From the NCBI RefSeq assembly GCF_026210795.1, contig NC_089432.1, forward strand, positions 4,712,001 through 4,776,000: a DNA stretch of 64,000 nucleotides, read 5' to 3'. Position 1 is the first letter of the stretch. Each line of letters starts with the position of its first letter. The stretch comes from Rhizophagus irregularis (Eukaryota). The position numbers and the translations under genes were made by a program. Under the pieces are notes generated by a model. The model had not been told where the DNA came from, searched no databases, and saw only the letters and a program-made list of their open reading frames with translations. This document shows, one piece after another, positions 15,063 through 27,684 of the stretch.

Positions 15063-15659
15063 GTATGAACAGCGGTCATTTATATAGAGGAAAAAAAGAT
15101 TAAGAAAATTTTTATTGTTTATATATTTTTAAAGGCTTTTGTGTTCTATTAAAATAGAAAAATAATCCATCGTACCAAGACCAAATAACTGAAAAAATTT
15201 TTCTGTTCAGTATTTTAATTAATTGAAATTGTATATAAATATAATTGAAGAAAAAAAATAGTTTACCGGAAATGTTGTGTCCAGGGAGACCGAAATAACC
15301 ATCTAAAAAAGAATTTTGGATTTTTTTTGTAGGTGATTTTAACTTTTTTTTAAACAGAAGAGGGGAAGGATGAAAAAGAGGAAAGAACGAATTTGAAGAA
15401 GAAAAAGAATGAAGGAAATGGAAATGGAGAGAATAAAAAAAAAGAACGAAAAAAAGAGAACGAAGGGAAGGAAAATGGGAAAAGGAAATGTAATGTAAAT
15501 CCCGATAGATAAGCTTATAAGAAATTCGGTGAAGGAAAAATGGAAAAGGTGAAACTTCGTTGAAAAAAAATTTGTAAAAAAAAAAAAATTATCAATTTGA
15601 TAATCTATATCATGTGATGTTCGTCACTAGTTTTAGGAATTAGGACATTTTTCCTTCAG

Positions 15660-16073
15660 ATCGGGTCAACTGGCTAACCTTGACCTGAAACTTTTTCCAT
15701 TTTATCAACTCATTTATACATAATTTATAGGTATAATAGAAATATGAAATCGGAATCAAAATAATTGGAAACCTCACGATTTGCAATGATAATTTACCTA
15801 ATTAAATAGCAAAATATAAAATTTTATTTTATATATCATAAATGATTTCTATAGTTTTTTTATTTAGTAATAAAATACAATATAAAATATAATAACAGGT
15901 CACATATCAGGTCAAAAAAAAAAACAATTTTTTTTAATAAAAATCAGGTCAGGTTGGATCGGGTCGGGTCAAGTTATTTTTATATTCGGGTTGACACTAA
16001 CCCGATCTGAAAAAAATAAGACAGGTCAGGTTAAGTCAATTACCTGACCCTACCTGACCCATTTGGAGCTCTA
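15660..16073. mobile_element. Terminal fragment of a hAT-like DNA transposon
   Basis: Clustered GGGTC/GACCC and CAGGTCAGG subterminal motifs end in ...CCCATTTGGAGCTCTA (reverse complement TAGAGCTCC, a hAT-like terminus). The partner terminus was not found. Confidence 0.5.
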
Positions 16074-16580
16074 TTTAAAACACTAAAAGATTTGTTGGTT
16101 GCCGATCGTACTAAAATAGAAAAGCTTGATTTGAAATGTATTTATATAATCAGCAAATCAATACCAAAGATGGGGGATCAGCATCTTAAAATGGAAATCA
16201 CTCAAAAACTAATCTTATGTTAACGTTAAGTTAACGTTAACCTATCATGACATGTCAATCATTTCAAGTCATAACAATAACGTGACGCGCCACCCTCCCA
16301 CCCATAGGGTGATATTGCACTTATATAGAATGATCTTTCTTGCTTAATAATTATGGGATAAAATTTTTAGCAAATCATGTGAAAACTAAATAATTTTTTT
16401 GTTAGCCAAAAATGATCAACAACCGGATGACAAATTTTAATATTATGTAAATAAACAATTTGTTTGTATTATTACTTATTTAAATATAGATACATTTTTT
16501 TTTATTTTGAACAAAAAAATAAACAATAATCAAATGGTAAATTTTCATTATCGTCGTCATTACATTATCGTTATAATTAA

Positions 16581-17289
16581 AGTTGCCTGCCGAAATTAGG
16601 GAGTTTCGGCATGTCAAAATTGTCAAAACTATTTTGACATGTCAAAATTGTCGAAACCTAAAAATATTACATTTCACGTAATAACTCAACGTCCAATGAT
16701 CGTAGAAAGATGCACCATAGCTCGTTGGAATCGTCTCATAACGACGAGTCGAATGGTAGTTAAATCGTCTTCCTACGATCACTGGATGCCGAGATAATAG
16801 ACGAAACGTCAAACGGCGCAGTAGCGCAAAATACAAAATGCCGATTTTTGACGTTTCGCTTAATATCTCGGCATCCAATAATCGTAGAAAGATGCACCAT
16901 AGCTCGTTGGAATCGTCTCATAACGACAAGTCAAATGGTGGTTAGATCGTCTTTCTACGATCACTGGATGCCGAGATATTGAGCGAAACGTCAAAAATCG
17001 GCATTTTGTATTTTGCGCTACTGCGCCGTTTGACGTTTCGTCTATTATCTCGGCATCCAATGATCGTAGAAAGATGATTTAACCACCATTCGACTCGTCG
17101 TTATGAGACGATTCCAACGAGCTATGGTGCATCTTTCTACGATCATTGGATGCCGAGTTATTACGTGAAACGTAATATGTTTAGGTTTCGACAATTTTGA
17201 CATGTCGAAACTATTTCGGCATTTCGGCATTTCTACAGGTTTTAGTTTCGACATTTCGACAATAGCCTGTAGAGTTTTGGCAGGCAACT
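16581..17289. mobile_element. Foldback / long-TIR non-autonomous element, possibly Kolobok-like
   Basis: Termini AGTTGCCTGCC...GGCAGGCAACT are flanked by TTAA and TTAG. Almost the whole 709 bp is an imperfect palindrome containing three copies of a ~115-bp module. Confidence 0.75.
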
Positions 17290-17964
17290 TTAGTTATAAT
17301 GCTATCATGAAAATTTTTTCAGGGTAGTAATTCTAAAAATGATTAACAATCAGATAATAAAATTGTTGTTTATTATAATGTTATCATAAAATTTTTTTTT
17401 TCTCAACAATTGGATGATAAAATTAAATAAATGTTATATCAAGTAATTTTTTATTTTGAAACAAAACAATAAACAACAACTAAATGGTAAAATTTCATTA
17501 TCATTGTCTTATTATTATGATATTCAGTTATCATAATTTTCCAGAACTAAAAATGATCAGCAATCGGATAGTAGAATTGTTTTATTACAATATAATCGTG
17601 AAAAATTTTTTTCCAGAGCCGTAATTCCAAAAATGATGATAGTAAATATTAAATAAATGCTTTATCAAGTAATAAACAATCTTTCTGTATTGTTATTTAA
17701 AGTTAATCACATATTCTGATATATATATTTTTTTATTTTTAAACCAAAAAATAAACAACAATCAAGATAATTAACCTTAAAATGATTAACAAGTGAAATA
17801 ACTAAGCCAAAAATGATTAACAAGCAAAATAAACCGAAAATGATCATCCTTTACCAAATGAGAAAAAAATTATGTTAATAGCTAGTTAAGAGTAATTTCT
17901 CATTTTTTTTTATAGATATGTTAAATATAATCAAAAATTTTGCAAATAAAGTGAAAGTTATGGT

Positions 17965-20097
17965 TTGGCTAGAAAAGCCCGGCGAGCGAAGCGAGCCAAA
18001 TGAAATTGCATCATCATAATAAATCACATGAATATTTAATACACAATCACATGATCTACCAGTAATTTTTCCACCAGTTAAAATTTAGAAATTCTCTTTA
18101 AATCTTAAAAACTATTTATCATAATTATAATCCTGTATGGTAGTATAAACCAACTTAATTAAAAAAAAGTCAGAATTATTACAGTTCTAATTATACTATG
18201 ACTATAGCTCCCTGCCATGTTTAATGTTAACTTGTTTGGTGGTACCATTAGTTTGAATTATATTTTAATGTTTTAAAAAAATTCTTTTTTGTAATTACTA
18301 ATCATTTTTTCCTTTTTTTTTTAAAGTTTGGTACCTTTTTTTAGGTCTAATGATTCTTTGGATATTTTTTTAGGTTTGTCTGGCTTCCTAATGAACCACT
18401 ATAACTATTATAATTACTATTATGATAAAAAATGAATTGCATATTATTTATATTTTATTATTATTTTATTTTGTCAATGTAATGTAAAATCACTTGCTAT
18501 ACACAGCCTATGATTTCCCATTTACTACAAAATTCCAAATTAATGCTAATAACCATTCTAGACTTTATATAACAGCCCAGTAAAAAGTTTATGTTGATTT
18601 TTTGTATAAAAAATGTAAGTTACAAATTTAATACGATTATGAGCATCCATTTGTACAGTATTTGTAAACAATTTGTAGTAAACTTGTAATGTTTTATATA
18701 GAATTCAAAGTAAATTCGTCACAAACTTGCAATGTTTTTATGTAACATTCAAAATAAATTTGTATATTATTTTTACATGTTTGATTTATTATTCGTATAT
18801 GAATTACTGTGTATATATGCATTTCATCATAATAAATAAACTAAGACGAAAAAAAAACTTACCATAACGGCATCCAAAGAGATTTGAAGAAATATCTATA
18901 AAAAAAAGAACTATTGATATCTGTTTGTTAATATTAAAGGAAAAATTTGAAAATTTGCGAAATGTCAACATCCAGGAGACCAAAAAGCCGCCTAAAAAAG
19001 AAAAAGAAATAAGTAACCACTATACTCCCACTAAAGTCCCGTCCATAGAGCTGAAGAACTGTCTAAAAGAAGAAAAATCAAAGTGTTAGAAAACATTTTG
19101 TTAAATAAACGTTTTATCAAAGAATAATTCAAAAAAAACCTCTACCCTACCAAATTGTTACGCCAAAATTCCACGTCCAAAAAGACCGTAAGAAGCATCT
19201 AAAAAAAAAGAAAAATTTGTTAAAATAGATAATTAAGATTTAAGAAAAAAAATTTCCTACCATTATTCCCACACGTCCAAATACTCGAAGTCTAAAAAAA
19301 AAGTAAGAAAAACAACTATTAGAATTGTTCATTAAAATTAAACAATTAAAAAAAAGATGAACTTACCGGAAATTTGCACCAAAGGAGAGAAATGCTTAAG
19401 ATTTCTTCAACAAAAAGTGCGAGAAAAGCGGGAAAAAAAAGAGAAGGAAATGTAAAAGTGAAGGGAAAAGGGAGGAAAGGAAAAGGAAAGAACAAGGGAG
19501 AGACGAAGGAAGGTACAAAGGGAAGTGAAAGGGCGAACGAACTGAAGGAAAAGGGAAGAATGTGAAAAAAAAGCAAAAAAAAAAGTTTAAAAAGAAAAAA
19601 AAAAGTTTAAAAGAAAAAAGTTTATCGAAGTCATCGAACTGCGGATTATATCATCACATACTGACATACACGTGATACATATTTTTATAACGCGAAAATC
19701 ATTACAAAAGTAGTCTGAAGATCAATATAATTATTTTTTAACTACACAAAAGTTAACAAAAAGTAAAATAATGGTGAAAGCGATGAAAAAATTGTACGAA
19801 TTTTGTTTAAATGAATATAATAAATAATAGTTACAAATTTAAAATATAAAAATTGTACAATTTCTGTTTATTAAATGTAATAAATCTTACAATAATTGTA
19901 CATTTAAATTTTACAAAAAAATAAAATTTGATTCAACTATACGAATACTGAATGAAAATTGGACAATAATTACAAAAACTAAACGAAAATTGTACAATTT
20001 CCATATGATGACTTTTTACTGGGCAGCTTAGCAGAAAGGTATCTAATTTTCATAATTTAATTAGCCAGGCCCATGTGAAACACAGGCATCCAGCTAG
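17965..20097 (+). mobile_element. Probable non-autonomous Helitron
   Basis: The 3' end reads GCCCATGTGAAACACAGGC (decayed hairpin) ATCCAG-CTAG|T at 20094-20097. A GC-rich motif AAAGCCCGGCGAGCGAAGCGAGCC sits near 17975. The 5' boundary is uncertain. Confidence 0.5.
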
Positions 20098-20594
20098 TAT
20101 AAATATAATTTAATAAAATTACAATTTGAAAAAAAAAGATAATAAATATTAAAAGGAATTTGTTTTTTATTCTGAAATGCTATAATTTATTTAAAAACAA
20201 TATAACAAAATAATACAATAAAAACAATATACTAATTAATGTTATATAAAAATGAAAGATAATCATTTCATTGGTGCTTAATAATGTTATAGCCAGTTCT
20301 TTAGTGTTTACAAACGTAAACAAATGGAAAAGGGTAAGCAGAAGGTATATAGGTAGGCGGGTATAATCAATAAATAAACTATATGTATAAACACTTAATA
20401 AACAATCCAATCAGACATGTAGTATAGCACTGTACGTCAGCATATACTCCCAACACGAATAAAGGATAACAAATTTATATTTCATTAAATTCAAACAACA
20501 GTTTATTTAATATAATCATTAGAACCATTTTTATTAAGAAAACTCTTCTACTGAACTTGAACTTCATTCAACTCCATTTCGTGTTGCTACAAAT

Positions 20595-22254
20595 TAGGGA
20601 TTGGAAAAGATTTGATTAAAATCGTATCTATCGAAAATCGACAAGAATCGATTTTAAATCGATTATCGAATAAAAATCGAATCTATTTATTGTGGCGCAG
20701 TATCGTTAATAAATGTTTATTAATGACACAAGTTAGCATTTTGCAGTATTAAACAAGGAAGTATTACATCATTACGTGATGAAGCAGACGAACTCTTTGT
20801 TAGAATAATATGTATTACATCATTTGTAATCAAAATATCAAAAATTTTTTTTAAAGTAACTTTTAAAATGTAATGAAATTTTTATTTGCAAACTAAATAC
20901 TTACACGTTTATAATGATAATAATAATAATTTATTAATTAAAGATACGTTTTATTGATTAAAAATATAAATATTAACAATTTTTATTTATTTATTTATTT
21001 ATGGAAATAACAGAAATAATGAAAATAAAACGAAGAGAATGTGCAATAACAAAAAGAAGAGTAAGAAACAAAATATAATGAAAAAAATAATGAATGAAGA
21101 TCAACAAAAGAAGTGAAGGGAAGAACAAAATAAATGAAGAGGAATAAAAAGTAATGAAAGAAACAAAGGTGGAGTAAAAAAAATGAAAGAAGCAAAAGAG
21201 AGGTGAAAAAGGGATGAAAAAAACGAAGGGGATAAAAAGGAACGAAAAAAATGAAGGAGTGAAAAGGAATGAAAAAAACGAAGGGAAGCGAAAGGAACAA
21301 AAGAAAATGAAGGCCTTTATAACATATTTTCAGCCCACTTAAAGACAGAAAAAAATTTGCCAACTTCTCTGTCAATTTCTAATCATTTGCATACGCGATA
21401 TAAAACACGGGGAGTGAAAAGGAGTGAAAGAAACGAGGGACAAGCGAAAAGGAACGAAAAAAAATGAAGTGGAGTGAAAAAGAAATGAAAAATTAAGGAA
21501 ATAAAAGTAACAATGGAAACAAAAGATAAAAAAATAGTAGGGAATAAAAAAATGAAGGAAACCAACCGACCAAATAAAAACCATAAAATAAACGAAATAT
21601 GATAGACAAAATAAAAAAAATAATAAAAAAAAATAAAAGAAAGAACACACCGGGAAGAACTAAGGACCTAAAAGAAAACAAAATAAAGTTAGAAAGGAAA
21701 TGTAAGGAACAAAATATAAGAAACGAAGTGTAAGAGACAAAATAAAAAAAAAACAAAAACTTCAAAAAATCGTGACTATGTAATACTAAACACACCTTAA
21801 TTGCAAAGAGCAAAAGACTGAAAGGAGTAAGAACTTAAAGAGAATAAAATAAAGTTAGCAAGAAATAAAATATAAAAACAATAAAAGAAAAAAAAGAAAA
21901 ACATACCAGCTGAGCGAAGGGTTTAAAGTTGGGAAAGTACTAGAAATAATAAACAAATAAACATTTATTGATGATGACGTAATCGCGTAACCAATCAAAA
22001 ACGTGGGTGTGATCGGTGAATTTGACATTCTCAAATTATATTACTTTTAAAAAAATTCTATTATTATAAATAATCTTTTAAGTATAATTATAAATTTGCA
22101 CCGTAATTTGTATTTTTTGTGAAATATAAATTCGATTAGTTTCGATTATCAAAAATCGAAAATTGAATCTTAAAATTGATATTTGCGAAACGATTAATCG
22201 CGATTAATCGATTTTAAAATCGATTCCAATAATGGGAATCGATTCCAATCCCTA
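20595..22254. mobile_element. Complete non-autonomous hAT element
   Basis: 12-bp TIR TAGGGATTGGAA...TTCCAATCCCTA with a perfect 8-bp TSD CTACAAAT (20587-20594 and 22255-22262). Subterminal ATCGAT repeats are present; the interior is purine-rich and non-coding. Confidence 0.9.
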
Positions 22255-22673
22255 CTACAAATGCTCCACTATTTATAATTATTTTACTCTAATTAATTAA
22301 TGTTAAATATATTTAACATATTGCATATATTAAACATATTTAATACGTTGCATATGATAAATATGTTAAACATATCAAACATTTGTAACATTTGTAACAT
22401 TTGAAACATTGATCGTTATCTTGTGATTAAGTTGAATTTTGGTCACGTGATTGATCGATCGCTACAATAATTACTGCGATTTTGTAATAATTGATCTACA
22501 TTCCAGTTTGTTTGTCATATATGGTCATATATGCAATGATGCAATGTGATCAACGCTTTTGCACATAATGTATTTTGCATAAATATTATTACCATATTTA
22601 TATATACTAATAAAAAAAGAAAAGAAAAAAATATTTACTTTATCTTTTCCAGTTGGAGAACTTTGATATAGTA

Positions 22674-25600
22674 ATGGACCAACGTATTAAAGGTACATCA
22701 AACAAGCTGAAATATTTTTTTATTTTATTATAAACAATCCATGTTTAATATTTTACATAATTCAACTAACTACATTCTTAATTTAAATAACTAGATTGTA
22801 AGTAATATATATATAATGTACAGTAAATAATTTTATATTATCTTTATATTTAACTAATTAATAATTGATAATACTACAGGGTGTAAGTTATATGATATCA
22901 TTTGTATTATTTATAATTTAAGCTAACTAATTTCTTTAAAAAAATTATTAAATAATATAGGGTGTAAGTTATTTATTTAATTCTACTATTACTTATTGTT
23001 ATTATATTTACATATAATTTAAACTATTTAATTTCTTTATTTAAAAAATTATTAAATAATATAGGGGGTAAGTTATTTATTTAATTCTATTATTATTGTT
23101 ATAATATTTACATATAATTTAAACTATTTAATTTCTTTATTTAAAAATTATTAAATAATATAGGGTGTAAGTTATTTATTTAATTCTATTATTACTTATT
23201 GTTATAATATTTACATATAATTTTAACTATCTAATTTCTTTATTTAAAAAATTATTAAATAATATAGGGGGTAAGTTATTTATTTAATTCTATTATTACT
23301 TGTTGTTATAATATTTACATATAATTTAAACTATCTAATTTCTTTATTTAAAAAATTATTTCGTAGATGGTAAGTTATTTATTTAATTCTATTATTACTT
23401 GTTGTTATAATATTTACATATAATATAAACTATCTAATTTCTTTATTTAAAAAATTATTAAATAATATAGAAAGTAAGTTATTTATTTAATTCTATTATA
23501 ACTTATTGTTATAATATTTGCATATAATTTTAACTATCTAATTTCTTTATTTATTTAATAGATTGTAAGTTATAAGTTATTTATTTAATTCTATTATTAC
23601 TTATTGTTATGATATTTACATATAATTTAAACTATCTAATTTCTTTATTAATTTAACAGATTGTAAGTTATAAGTTATTTATTTAATTCTATTATTACTT
23701 ATTGTTATAATGCTTACATATAATTTAAACTATTTAATTTCTTTATTTAAAAAATTATTAAATAATATAGGTAGTAAGTTATTTATTTAATTCTATTATT
23801 ACTTATTGTTATAATATTTACATATAATTTAAACTATCTAATTTCTTTATTTATTTAATAGATTGTAAGTTATAAGTTATTTATTTAATTCTATTATTAC
23901 TTATTGTTACATATAATTTAAACTATTTAATTTCTTTATTTAAAAAATTATTAAATAATATAGGAGTAAGTTATTTATTTAATTCTATTATTACTTATTA
24001 TTATAATATTTACATATAATTTAAACTATCTAATTTCTTTATTTAAAAAATTATTTCATAGATGGTAAGTTATTTATTTAATTCTATTATTACTTATTGT
24101 TATAATATTTACATATAATTTTAACTATCTAATTTCTTTATTTAAAAATTATTTCGTAGATGGTAAGTTATTTATTTAATTCTATTATTACTTATTGTTA
24201 TGATATTTACATATAATTTAAACTATCTAATTTCTTTATTAATTTAACAGATTGTAAGTTATAAGTTATTTATTTAATTCTATTATTACTTATTGTTATA
24301 ATGCTTACATATAATTTAAACTATTTAATTTCTTTATTTAAAAAATTATTAAATAATATAGGTAAGTTATTTATTTAATTCTATTATTACTTATTGTTAT
24401 AATATTTACATATAATTTAAACTATCTAATTTCTTTATTTATTTAATAGATTGTAAGTTATAAGTTATTTATTTAATTCTATTATTACTATTGTTACATA
24501 TAATTTAAACTATTTAATTTCTTTATTTAAAAAATTATTAAATAATATAGGAGTAAGTTATTTATTTAATTCTATTACATTAATATTATAATATTTACAT
24601 ATAATTTAAACTATCTAATTTCTTTATTTAAAAATTATTTTACAGATGGTAAGTTATTTATTTAATTTATTATTACTATTGTTATAATATTTACATATAA
24701 TTTTAACTATCTAATTTCTTTATTTAAAAATTATTTTGTAGATGGTAAGTTATTTATTTAATTCTATTATGTTTATTGTTATGATATTTACATATAATTT
24801 AAACTATCTAATTTCTTTATTAATTTAACAGATTGTAAGTTATAAGTTATTTATTTAATTCTATTATTACTTATTGTTATAATGCTTACATATAATTTAA
24901 ACTATTTAATTTCTTTATTTAAAAAATTATTAAATAATATAGGTAGTAAGTTATTTATTTAATTCTATTATTACTTATTGTTATAATATTTACATATAAT
25001 TTAAACTATCTAATTTCTTTATTTATTTAATAGATTGTAAGTTATAAGTTATTTATTTAATTCTATTATTACTTATTGTTACATATAATTTAAACTATTT
25101 AATTTCTTTATTTAAAAAATTATTAAATAATATAGGGAGTAAGTTATTTATTTAATTCTATTATTACTTATTATTATAATATTTACATATAATTTAAACT
25201 ATCTAATTTCTTTATTTAAAAAATTATTTCATAGATGGTAAGTTATTTATTTAATTCTATTATTACTTATTGTTATAATATTTACATATAATTTTAACTA
25301 TCTAATTTCTTTATTTAAAAATTATTTCGTAGATGGTAAGTTATTTATTTAATTCTATTATTACTTATTGTTATAATATTTACATATAATTTTAACTATC
25401 TAATTTCTTTATTTAAAAATTATTTCGTAGATGGTAAGTTATTTATTTAATTCTATTATTACTTTTGTTATAATATTTACATATAATTTTAACTATCTAA
25501 TTTCTTTATTTAAAAAATTATTTAATAGATTGTAAGTTATAAGTTATTTATTTAATTTTATTATTACTTATTGTTATAATATTTACATATAACTTTAACT

Positions 25601-27579
25601 TTCTAATTTCTTTATTTAAAAAATTATTAAATAATATAGGGGGTAAGTTATTTATTTATTACTTTTTGTTATAATATTTACATATAATTTAAACTATCTA
25701 ATTTCTTTATTTAAAAAATTATTTTGTAATTTATTTTAGTTGGTAAGTCATAAGTTATTTATTTAATTCTATTATTACTTATTATTATATAATTTAAACT
25801 ATCTAATTTCTTTATTTAAAAAATTATTAAATAATATATAGGGGGTAAGTTATTTATTTAATTCTATTATTACTTATTGTTATAATATTTACATATAATT
25901 TAAACTATCTAATTTCTTTATTTAAAAAATCATTTCGTAGATGGTAAGTTATTTATTTAATTCTATTATTACTTATTGTTATAATATTTACATATAATTT
26001 AAACTATCTAATTTCTTTATTTAAAAAATTATTATGATCTAGCTTGTAAGTATCTCTATTGTTATATATTATATAATATTTATTTGTTAATTGAATTCTT
26101 TTATTTAAAAATTATCTGTTACTTTAGTTGGTAAGTTGTAAATTATAGGTTATTATATGTATTTATCCAAAAACTAAGACTTACATTACATTACATTAAA
26201 TTCCTATTTAAATTTTAGAGTAAGTAATAATTTATTTTAGTGTAAATTATAATACAATCTATAATATAATTTTAATTATTTAAATTTATAGATTTGGAAA
26301 AAGTGGAAATACAATTATAGATGATTTTATTCTTGAAAACAAATTAAGATGGATTCCTTATAACAAATTTAAAAATGTTGAATATCTTAATGAAGGAGGA
26401 TTTGGTACTATATACAAAGCTATTTGGTTAAAGAATAATGAAGATGAAAAAGAAGTAATTCTTAAATGTCACAAGAATTTAAATGAAAATTTAAGTGAAT
26501 TTTTAAAAGAAGTATGATAGATTGATAGTATATTATTTTTTATTTTCATAATTTATATTAATAAATTTTTATTAATTTTGTAGTGGGACTATTATAAGAA
26601 TTGTTTAAATTCATCATATGAAATTGTAAATTTTTATGGATTTACAGAAGATCCAAATATTTTAAAATATATAGTAGTAATGCTTTATGCAAATAATGGT
26701 AATTTAAGAGAAAATTTAACAAGAATAGTCGAAAATAATTGGAATGAAAAATTATGTATGTTGTACAGAATTATTTCTGGACTTAATAAGATACATGGAG
26801 AAAATCTTATTCATTGTGATTTTCATGATGGTAATATTTTAAATCATAATTTTTATGAAACTTATATTAGTGATTTAGGATTATGTCAACCTGTAAAATC
26901 ATTTTTGAAAAAGCATGATATTTATGGTGTTATACCATTTATGGCTCCTGAAGTTTTAAGAGGCAAATCTTATACTCTAGCTAGTGATATATACAGTCTT
27001 TCTATGATTATGTGGGAATTTACATCTGGAATACCACCATTTAATAATAGAGCACATGACATTCAACTTAGTTTAAGTATTTGTAGAGGTGAACGTCCTG
27101 AAATTCTTGAAAATACTCCACAATGTTATGTAGATTTAATGAAAAAATGTTGGAATGAAGATCCATTAAAAAGACCATCTGCTAAAAAAGTATTAAAAAT
27201 TATTGAGAATTGGCTTATCCATTCTGATTATGATGAAGTTAATGAAGAATTAAAAAGCAACATTATGGAATTTATAAGTGCACCAATTGGGCAGCATAAC
27301 AATCTTGTTACTAAATCTCATCCTAAAGCATGTTATACAAGTCGTTTACTTGATTTTACTAGTAAAGAATTGAATGAAATTCTCAAAATTGAAGATTCAC
27401 AAGCTAGTATAAAAGCAAATGAAATGCTAGTAAGTGAAGATTTGAATGATTGTATAATTAAGGATTTGGGGTCATTAGGTATGTATTATGATATATAAAA
27501 GAATTAATCTTGCAAATTATTTATGTAAAATTAATTTTATTTAATATTTAATTTAGATATTAAAACAGATGAAAATTAA
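22674..27579 (+). CDS. TKL protein kinase with micro-exon-encoded N-terminus
   Basis: Putative exon 1 is 22674-22692 (MDQRIK+G), followed by ~36 micro-exon sites at 22795-26219. Exon 26292-26511 has SGN..IDDFI..WIPY..EGGFGTIYKA..VILK. Exon 26584-27478 has HCDFHDGN, DLG, FMAPE and CW. The last exon is 27557-27579 (DIKTDEN*). The kinase core is secure; the 5' structure is inferred from splice signals and frame. Confidence 0.8.
22790..26291 (+). repeat. ~95-105-bp tandem repeat array = duplicated intron + 3-nt micro-exon units
   Basis: Every unit reads ...YAG-NNN-GTAAGT...(CTAAT branch-like)...T/A-rich...YAG. The variable NNN is ATT, GGT, GGG, ATG, AAA, GTA, GGA, TTG or CTT. A higher-order six-unit block of ~585 bp occurs about three times (23660/24251/24832). 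Confidence 0.9.
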
Positions 27580-27684
27580 CTAATCATTGTTTGTTTTTAA
27601 AAAAAATTTATAGTTTTTTTTAAGTGATATTTGATATTATACATTTAAAAGAAATTGTTCTTTATTTATTCTTTTTAGATTTAT

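Noticed and set aside
16642..17287. Three similar short ORFs
   Set aside because: By-products of the palindromic repeat modules, with no protein motifs.
20995..21813. F/L-rich ORFs resembling membrane proteins
   Set aside because: Artefacts of the purine-rich low-complexity interior of the hAT element. The same applies to 13955-14381 and 19346-19576.
22790..26291. CRISPR-like array
   Set aside because: Eukaryotic context, variable parts only 3 nt long, repeats are ~100-bp introns, and no cas genes.
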